Below are positions 55,979-61,739 of a DNA stretch of 61,739 bases, one piece after another. Made by a program: the position numbers and the translations under genes. This stretch comes from Actinomycetota bacterium (GTDB lineage: Bacteria; Actinomycetota; UBA4738; CALAEC01). The DNA is taken from positions 1 to 61,739 of the forward strand of contig DASYVD010000050.1 in NCBI GenBank assembly GCA_036000545.1, given 5' to 3'. The number at the start of each line of letters is the position of its first letter. Positions within the stretch are counted from its first letter, which is position 1. The notes below the pieces were generated by a model. The model made no database searches, was not told where the DNA came from, and worked only from the letters and a program-made list of their open reading frames with translations.

Positions 55979-56041
55979 CCGGGAAATCGCCCCGGCTGCG
56001 TGCCGAGGGCGACTTGCCGGTCGGGCGTCAGATGCGCGCGG

Positions 56042-56107
56042 CTAGGTGAGCAGCGCGATGAGGACGATGATGAGGATCAGGGTGCCCAACCCGATGCCGA
56101 TGTACAT
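56042..56107 (-). CDS. Candidate 21-aa hydrophobic small protein
   Basis: GGGAGGG (complement of 56113-56119) lies 5 nt before the ATG. MYIGIGLGTLILIIVLIALLT* is a single TM-like helix. Confidence 0.45.
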   Translation of the reverse strand: MYIGIGLGTLILIIVLIALLT

Positions 56108-56172
56108 GGTGACCCTCCCTTCGCTATTTCGATGTCATCTTTCCCGCTCTGGGAGTGTCTTGAACTCCGTGG

Positions 56173-57348
56173 TCAGCCTGCGGGCAGGGGCTGCCACGCA
56201 GGGCAGCAGTCGAGGCCAGGGCCGCTGGTGACTCGCCTTGGCTCCCCGCCGTCCGCGTCGATCACGAAGATGTCCCCCATGAACCCGTCGCTTCCCCGCT
56301 CCGGCAGGGCCCTGGTGAACGCGATCTGGGTCCCGTCCGGCGACCACGCGGGGTGCATGTCCGTGCATAGGTGGGACCCATCGGTCGGACACGCCGTGAG
56401 CAGGCGGACGTCGGTTCCGTCGGCCCGCATCACGTAGATGCCCGCGACCTCGTCGAGCGTTCCCCCTTCCCTGTAGGCATCGAAAGCCAGGAATTGCGCG
56501 TCGGGGGACCAGGACATGGTTCCGGCGAATACCAGGCCCGACGGGGCGCCGAGGGTGCGCACGATCTGCCCCGTCTCCGCGTCGACCAGATAGATCCGGT
56601 CCGGGCCGATCTCCGTCCCGGGACCCGCAAACCCTACGACCGCGATCGCCGTTCCGTCGGGCGACCACGCCACGTGGACGATGGCGCGGAACTCCTGGTT
56701 GAGCGGTCTCGGCTCGCTGCCGTCCACGCCCACCACCCAGAGTTCCTCGTGAGTGCCGTTGAAGCGAGAGAAAGCGACGTGGGTACCGTCGGGCGACCAC
56801 GAAGGGTGGCTATCGCCCCCGGCGTCAGCATCGCAATCCGGCAGCCGGCACGTCGTCAGCTGCTCGATCCCGCTGCCGTCGGCATTCATGATGCGGATCG
56901 GGCCTTGCCAGCGAAACGCGATCCGGGAACCGTCTAGAGACCAGGCGACGGTCGAACGGAAGAGGAATCCCTGTTCTCCCACCAGCCGCCGCGCTCCGGT
57001 GCCGTCGGGCTCGACCGAGTAGAGGTCGGTCAGCGGGAACTCGCCCTCGCTCACGCTCTCGGGATCGGTGCGGACGAAGGCGATCAGCCCGTTGGCCTTC
57101 GGCTCGGGACGGAACGCCCCGGTCGGCGTGGGCGTGGGCTGATCGCTCTGCCGCGTGCCCGGAAGGAAGGCTCGGACGAGAAGGGCAAAGCCCAGCGCGG
57201 CCACCGCGAGCGCGGCGACGGCCACCGCCACGCGAGGCCATAGCGGCGGCCCCACCGGCCCCAGGGGTTCGCGGGTCACTATGTCTTGCCACAGATCGGG
57301 GGCAGGGATTCGATCGGCTTCGTGGAATCGAGAGCGGAGATCAGTCAT
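56173..57348 (-). CDS. Single-pass membrane protein with an extracytoplasmic TolB-like (PD40/WD40-like) beta-propeller; probable anti-sigma partner of the upstream ECF sigma
   Basis: ATGA overlap with the sigma gene. Short cytoplasmic N-terminus, TM (VAVAVAALAVAALGFALLV), repeated WSPDG/WSLDG motifs (AWSLDGSRIAF, SWSPDGTHVAF, AWSPDGTAIAV, SWSPDAQFLAF, AWSPDGTQIAF). Confidence 0.75.
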   Translation of the reverse strand: MTDLRSRFHEADRIPAPDLWQDIVTREPLGPVGPPLWPRVAVAVAALAVAALGFALLVRAFLPGTRQSDQPTPTPTGAFRPEPKANGLIAFVRTDPESVSEGEFPLTDLYSVEPDGTGARRLVGEQGFLFRSTVAWSLDGSRIAFRWQGPIRIMNADGSGIEQLTTCRLPDCDADAGGDSHPSWSPDGTHVAFSRFNGTHEELWVVGVDGSEPRPLNQEFRAIVHVAWSPDGTAIAVVGFAGPGTEIGPDRIYLVDAETGQIVRTLGAPSGLVFAGTMSWSPDAQFLAFDAYREGGTLDEVAGIYVMRADGTDVRLLTACPTDGSHLCTDMHPAWSPDGTQIAFTRALPERGSDGFMGDIFVIDADGGEPRRVTSGPGLDCCPAWQPLPAG

Positions 57349-57820
57349 CGCGTTCCTCCAACAGGACCCTCAAACGCCGGCGGGCTCGATACAGGTGCAC
57401 GCTGACCGCCGAGGGCGTGGAACCGATGAGTGCGGCCACCTCTCCCACCGGTCGGTCGGCGTAGTAATGGAGGATGACCGCGGCGCGCTGGGTAGGCGAG
57501 AGCGCGCGGAGGGCGTCGACGAGCTCCGTCACTCGTGGGGTCACCTCGTAGCCACGGTCCGGAACCTCCCCGACCATCCGCCGTCGCTCTTTCAGCATGC
57601 CGCGCGCCACCAGGAACGCCGTCCGCCACACCCACCGCTCGGGGGAGCGGATCTCGTCGCCCCGGCGAAGGGCCTGGGCGAATGCTTCGGCGACCGCGTC
57701 ACTCGCCGTCTCGCGGTCACCCGAGAACAGGAGAACCGCCCGCCAGAGCCGCTCGCCACTCTCTCGGTAGACACGTTCCAGCTCGGTCCGCGCATCCTCG
57801 GTCACCCGGGTCGCTTCCAC
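57341..57820 (-). CDS. ECF-type sigma-70 family RNA polymerase sigma factor
   Basis: 159 aa. Region 2-like DAVAEAFAQALRR...WVWRTAFLVARGML. Region 4 LSPTQRAAVILHYYADRPVGEVAALIGSTPSAVSVHLYRARRRL. Confidence 0.85.
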   Translation of the reverse strand: MEATRVTEDARTELERVYRESGERLWRAVLLFSGDRETASDAVAEAFAQALRRGDEIRSPERWVWRTAFLVARGMLKERRRMVGEVPDRGYEVTPRVTELVDALRALSPTQRAAVILHYYADRPVGEVAALIGSTPSAVSVHLYRARRRLRVLLEERDD

Positions 57821-57893
57821 TCTGAGATGAAGGGCCGGGAGGGGCTGCGAATCTTAACGACTCTCGCCACGGTTCTCGGTCGGCCTTCTCACG

Positions 57894-58268
57894 TCAGGCT
57901 TCCGGCCCCTCCACGTTGAACAGGGTCGGGCCGCTCCCCACGCGGATGGTGATGGCCTCGAATCCCGGACGGTCGCTACCCTCACGATGGATCGCCTTCC
58001 GAGGAATGAAGATGAACTCGCCGGCCCGAACCTCTTCCGTGTCGGTCCCAGCCGGCCCGGATTCGAGCCGCAGCGTCCCCGAGAGAACGTACGCATAGGT
58101 GTCCCAGTCTCCATGGTGGTGCCATCCGGAGGCCTGCTCGGGTTCCGCCCGCACCACGCCGATCCACAGGTTCTTCTTCGTGAACGCTTCCTCCCGGAGC
58201 ATCCCAGCCGTCTGTTGCTCGGGCCGGACCCGGTCCTCCGCTCGAACCAACCTTGGCCGCTCCTCCAC
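57894..58268 (-). CDS. Cupin domain protein
   Basis: GWHHHGDWDTYAYVLSG...GEFIFIPRKAIHRE (two-motif cupin pattern). Confidence 0.75.
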   Translation of the reverse strand: MEERPRLVRAEDRVRPEQQTAGMLREEAFTKKNLWIGVVRAEPEQASGWHHHGDWDTYAYVLSGTLRLESGPAGTDTEEVRAGEFIFIPRKAIHREGSDRPGFEAITIRVGSGPTLFNVEGPEA

Positions 58269-58378
58269 CCTCGACCTCCCTTCGACTGGCCCCAGGTAGC
58301 ATTGCCCTCACTCCCCGGTCAAGCCGAGGCGCGCCGTGGCGTACGCTTGACGGCCGTGGACGTGCCGGAGCGCGAGCG

Positions 58379-59422
58379 GTGGCGACGGGATTGATCGTGG
58401 ACAGCGAACAGGCTCTCTCCCTTCTGGCCCTGGCCGAGGATGCCGAGGTGGGCCTGTCCGGGCCCGAGTCTGCCCGGTGGATGGAGAACCTCGAGAAGCG
58501 CCTGGGCGAGCTGCGCACCGCGGCGGCGTGGTTCCTCAGCCACGGCGAACCGGAGCGAGCCCTTCGACTGGCCGCCGCGCTCACGATGTTCTGGCGCGAG
58601 GGGAACCAGATCGGCGAAGGACGCAAATGGATGGAGTCGATCCTCGCGGGCCCGGGGGCGGAGGTCCCCAGCGCGGCCCGAGCGAAGGCGTTGTACGGCG
58701 CAGGGAGACTGGCCTTCACGCAGGGGGACCAGGAAGCCTCTCGGACCCGCAACGAGGAGGCTCTTCGGATGGCCCGGGCCGCCGATGACTGGGGGGCCCA
58801 GGTGCTCGCCCTGGTCGGGCTGGCCAGGGTGGCCCTACGAGATGGTGACCTCGCCGTGGTTCGCGACAACGCGAAGCAGGCCCGCAGGATGGCCCGAGAC
58901 ATGGGCGACCAGCGCGCCGAGGCCGGGCCCCTCCACCTGCTGGCCGCGGCCACCAGGATGGACGGGGACGTGGATGGAGCTCGCCGGCTCTACGAGGAGA
59001 GTCTGCAGCTGAACCGGGAATTGGGGGATCAGCGCGTCGTGGCCATGGAGCTCCTGAACCTCGGGTTCGTGCAGAAGAACCTGGGCGACCTGAGCGCCGC
59101 CGAGACGCGGTTCCGGGGGAGCCTGGAGCTGCAGAGGGAGCGCGGCGATGCCACGCTCGTGCCGGAGATCCTGATAGGACTGGGCTGCACGGCGGCTGCG
59201 CGGGGCGATCTCGAGCGAGCGGCGAGGTTGCTGGCGGCGGGACAGGCGCGGCTCGATGCGGCAGGCGCGGTCCTAGACCCCGACGATCAGCCGGAGTTCG
59301 ACCGCGCGGCCAGCGTGGTCCGGGAGGGGCTCGATCCCGCGATCTTCGACGCGCTATGGGCGGAGGGGCTGGCCATGGACGCGGATCGGGCCGTCGACCT
59401 CGCCCTCCGGTCCTCTTCTTAG
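58379..59422 (+). CDS. Stand-alone TPR/helical-repeat protein resembling the C-terminal sensor arm of STAND/AfsR-type ATPases
   Basis: Repeated ALxxxGxLAxxxGDxxxAxxxxxEALxLxRxxGD units. Terminal ...FDALWAEGLAMDADRAVDLAL is typical of those arms. The start (GTG 58379) is uncertain; the ORF-track start 58253 would overlap the divergent cupin gene. Confidence 0.6.
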   Translation: MATGLIVDSEQALSLLALAEDAEVGLSGPESARWMENLEKRLGELRTAAAWFLSHGEPERALRLAAALTMFWREGNQIGEGRKWMESILAGPGAEVPSAARAKALYGAGRLAFTQGDQEASRTRNEEALRMARAADDWGAQVLALVGLARVALRDGDLAVVRDNAKQARRMARDMGDQRAEAGPLHLLAAATRMDGDVDGARRLYEESLQLNRELGDQRVVAMELLNLGFVQKNLGDLSAAETRFRGSLELQRERGDATLVPEILIGLGCTAAARGDLERAARLLAAGQARLDAAGAVLDPDDQPEFDRAASVVREGLDPAIFDALWAEGLAMDADRAVDLALRSSS

Positions 59423-60449
59423 AACCTGAGGTTGGGCCGGCGGCTGCGGATCCACTCGTCCACCCGTCCCCACCAGGCGAACAGCCAATCGACCTGAGCT
59501 TCGTGCTCCACGGGGATCTCCCTGGGAGCGATCCGCCAGTATCGCGCCAGGATGGGGCCCTCCAGGGGAAGGATCCGCCACGTCGCCACCACCGAGTTCA
59601 TGAACTCCAGCCCCGTGTGGGCCACGAACACGACGTCGGCATCCGGGGCGGTTGGATCGCCGTCAGCGCGCCGCCGAGTCGCGGGGCCAGCACGGTGAGC
59701 ATCTTCTCGGCCAAGTCCGCTTCCTCCTCGAAGCCCTTCCGCTTGAGGCCGGCGATTGCGGCCAGCCTCCGTCGCTCGGTGAAGTTGCCGCCCTCGGGGA
59801 AGAGGACCAGTGCATCGCGGTCGCCGAGGCCCCGGGCGAGTCGCTCGATGGCGTGGAGGTGCTGCTGAGGGTCCTCGGAGTGCGGGCGGATGAAGGCGCA
59901 CGGCAGGCGGTTCGCCACGACGTCGATGGCCGGGTCCCACTGGAGCGCGGCCTTCATCACAATCCTGGGCCGGCGGTGGAAACCTGAAAGAAGCGTGTGG
60001 GCGAGGAGTATGGAGTCCCCCGGCCCCGCGTGACGGCAGAACACCAGGACCGGACCCGCTCGAGGCTCCGGCCGATCCTCTACCTCGATGCGGAGCTGGA
60101 GCAGGCGAACGGCCGCGCCGGCGATGCCCGCAAGCCAGACCCGCGCCAGCAGGTAGTGCGCGGACTGGAACGCCTGGGACCGCAGGCCCGCCCCGAATCC
60201 GCTGGCCACCCACAGCAGGAACAGCTTCAGGAGGACCCAGGCCTCGAGCCCGGCGAACACGACACCCAGGGCTACGAGTCTCACTGCCTGCCAGCCTCCC
60301 TTCACTTGCCAGCCTTCCCTCAGCAGGACATCGGCGACGAAGGCTGCGAGGAGGGCGATCGGGGAGACGGCAACAATCGCGAGCGAGAGAAGGAACACGA
60401 GTGGCGCAACGACCACTCGTCGGACGATCCGTGGGGGGAGCGGGATCAC
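59419..60449 (-). pseudogene. Lysophospholipid (PlsC-type) acyltransferase, reading frame broken by a 1-nt shift near 59658-59660
   Basis: GTG 60449 overlaps the patatin stop (GTGA). Frame A carries 2-3 TM, FCRHAGPGDS (HX4D) and LFPEGGNFT, and runs to ...VLAPRLGGALTA. The family-typical continuation DPTAPDADVVFVAHTGLEF...RYWRI... to the stop at 59419 is in the adjacent frame. Confidence 0.6.
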
Positions 60450-61444
60450 GAGGCTCTCATCTCGTCGAGATACGCCAGCGTCGCTCGGTACGCTTGCCGT
60501 ATCCGCCCGGCAACCTGCGAGAAGTCGCGGTACCGGAGCTGAGAGAGGTCGTCGTAGCGGGGAGGGGTCCGCTCCCCAGTGGGAAGGATGTGCGCAGTAA
60601 CCCCCTTCGGAAGGGTGGCCATGTCTCGAGCGAACCGGTGCCGTCGAGCGATCTCGAACGCCACCATGGCTACCTGCCAGGGATTGGTGGGCGGATCGAG
60701 CCCTCGTTCGATCCGCCCGGCGTGGAGGACGTAGATGCGGCGGGCCCCCAGCTCGACCGCCCTCCCCACGGGGATGCTGTTGACGATCCCGCCGTCGATG
60801 AAGTGCTCCCCGTCGATCTCCACGACGGGAAGAAGGCCGGGGATCGCGGAGGAGGCCAGGATGGCGTCGGAGAGGGAGCCCTTCGAGAACCAGCGTTCCG
60901 CGGCGCGTTCGATGCTCGCCGCCACGCACTGGAAGGGCAGCTGGAGGTCCTCGAATCGACGGACGGGAAGGACGCGCTCGATGAGCTCCCGGAGCGGGGC
61001 GTTCGAGTGCACGGACGTCCTGGTGCGGAAGAGGGTGACCGCTCCGGTGAACAGCGACCCGGCGAAGACCCCGCGCTTCACCAGATTCAGCCATTCCCTT
61101 TCCAGGCGGTCGACCATCTCCGGCGCGGGGTCGGCCGCCACGGCGGCGCCATTCAAGGCGCCGACAGAGGTTCCCACCACCACCCCAGGGAAGACCTCCC
61201 GCTCCAGGAGGGCTCTCAGCATCCCCACCCGGTAGGCGCCCATGTGGCCGCCTCCCCCGAGAACGAACGCGCCTGTCGGCTTCCGGCGCCGGGCTCGGAC
61301 GGACAGACCGCGTGCCTGATCGGTCCTTGACCCGTGCGGGGCTGCGGGTCGCTCGCATCGGCGCCCATTATCGCCGTACCCTTCCCCCGTGCCGATCTGC
61401 TCCCAGTGCGGGACGGAGAATCCCAGCGCCGCGCGGTTCTGCAT
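60446..61444 (-). CDS. Patatin-like phospholipase
   Basis: FVLGGGGHMGAYRVGMLRAL (oxyanion Gly-rich loop), GTSVGALNGA (GxSxG), FIDGGIVNSIP (DGG Asp). The start is unresolved: no ATG/GTG/TTG lies between the Gly loop and ATG 61444. Confidence 0.8.
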   Translation of the reverse strand: MQNRAALGFSVPHWEQIGTGEGYGDNGRRCERPAAPHGSRTDQARGLSVRARRRKPTGAFVLGGGGHMGAYRVGMLRALLEREVFPGVVVGTSVGALNGAAVAADPAPEMVDRLEREWLNLVKRGVFAGSLFTGAVTLFRTRTSVHSNAPLRELIERVLPVRRFEDLQLPFQCVAASIERAAERWFSKGSLSDAILASSAIPGLLPVVEIDGEHFIDGGIVNSIPVGRAVELGARRIYVLHAGRIERGLDPPTNPWQVAMVAFEIARRHRFARDMATLPKGVTAHILPTGERTPPRYDDLSQLRYRDFSQVAGRIRQAYRATLAYLDEMRAS

Positions 61445-61739
61445 GGCCTGCGGGGAGCCGTTGGCTGTCCAAGGCCCGCCCCACGAGGTCCGTAAGACCG
61501 TCACCGTTTTGTTCAGCGACGTGGTCGGCTCCACGCCCCTCGGCGAGCGCCTCGATCCCGAAACGCTGCGCCGGTTGATGTCGCGGTACTTCGACCGCAT
61601 GAAGGCGGTCGTCGAGCGTCACGGCGGAACGGTGGAGAAGTTCATCGGCGACGCCGTGATGGCCGTGTTCGGCATCCCCACCGTGCACGAGGACGACGCC
61701 CTGCGTGCGGTGCGGGCCGCGGCCGAGATGCGAGAGGCT
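61389..61739 (+). CDS. Double zinc ribbon + class III nucleotide cyclase protein (paralog 3), N-terminal 117 codons only; continues beyond the window
   Basis: V(M)PICSQCGTENPSAARFCMACG, RKTVTVLFSDVVGST, EKFIGDAVMAVFG, colinear with the N-termini of 25236 and 46523. Not in the ORF track (no stop in window). Confidence 0.8.
   Translation, partial: MPICSQCGTENPSAARFCMACGEPLAVQGPPHEVRKTVTVLFSDVVGSTPLGERLDPETLRRLMSRYFDRMKAVVERHGGTVEKFIGDAVMAVFGIPTVHEDDALRAVRAAAEMREA

Noticed and set aside
59419-61739. Cyclase + patatin as a CBASS- or Pycsar-type anti-phage operon.
   Set aside because: The cyclase is a class III AC/GC domain embedded in a >1000-aa STAND protein, not a CD-NTase or a short PycC. 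The patatin (about 330 aa) shows no obvious cyclic-nucleotide-binding or SAVED domain by eye. Kept only as a weak hypothesis under findings.

Overview
High-GC bacterial window that looks like Actinomycetota. It carries DUF2469, a WhiG/FliA-type sigma factor next to dprA-xerC, and the pnp-M16 protease-dapB and dapA-rnj-ftsK neighbourhoods. About three quarters of it is a plus-strand backbone of translation, RNA-processing and envelope housekeeping genes: ffh-rpsP-KH-rimM-trmD-rplS-lepB-rnhB, yraN-comM-dprA-xerC-sigma, rpsB-tsf-pyrH-frr-cdsA-dxr-M50 protease-ispG, rimP-nusA-ylxR-infB-DUF503-rbfA-nrnA-truB-ribF-rpsO-pnp-M16-dapB, and dapA-rnj-ftsK. Three accessory patches of mixed strand interrupt the backbone at about 25.2-30.6 kb, 43.9-50.7 kb and 55.8-61.7 kb. 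Each patch carries one paralog of a large protein with double zinc ribbon, class III nucleotide cyclase, P-loop STAND/AAA and TPR regions. The third paralog sits head-to-head with a patatin plus acyltransferase pair. I found no CRISPR array, rRNA, tRNA, transposase or prophage. The signals least explained by ordinary annotation are: (1) two families of short, strongly structured intergenic repeats. Family A has 3 copies, one inverted, with compensatory stem changes. Family B has 2 copies plus a fragment, is flanked by direct repeats, and one copy supplies the stop codon of ribF. (2) A canonical intrinsic terminator whose T-tract ends 5 nt before the rimP start codon, possibly a nusA-operon attenuator. 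(3) A recurring TANNNT-N7-9-start arrangement suggesting leaderless mRNAs, including an identical TACACTGCCC 10-mer in front of two cyclase paralogs. (4) Several decayed or odd genes: a frameshifted acyltransferase, a collapsed VOC/glyoxalase remnant, a 21-codon hydrophobic ORF with a strong SD, and an archaeal/Thermus-type ProRS in the conserved proS position. All calls rest on reading the sequence and remembered family motifs. No database search was run. Start codons were chosen by motif alignment and RBS or overlap logic and may be off.
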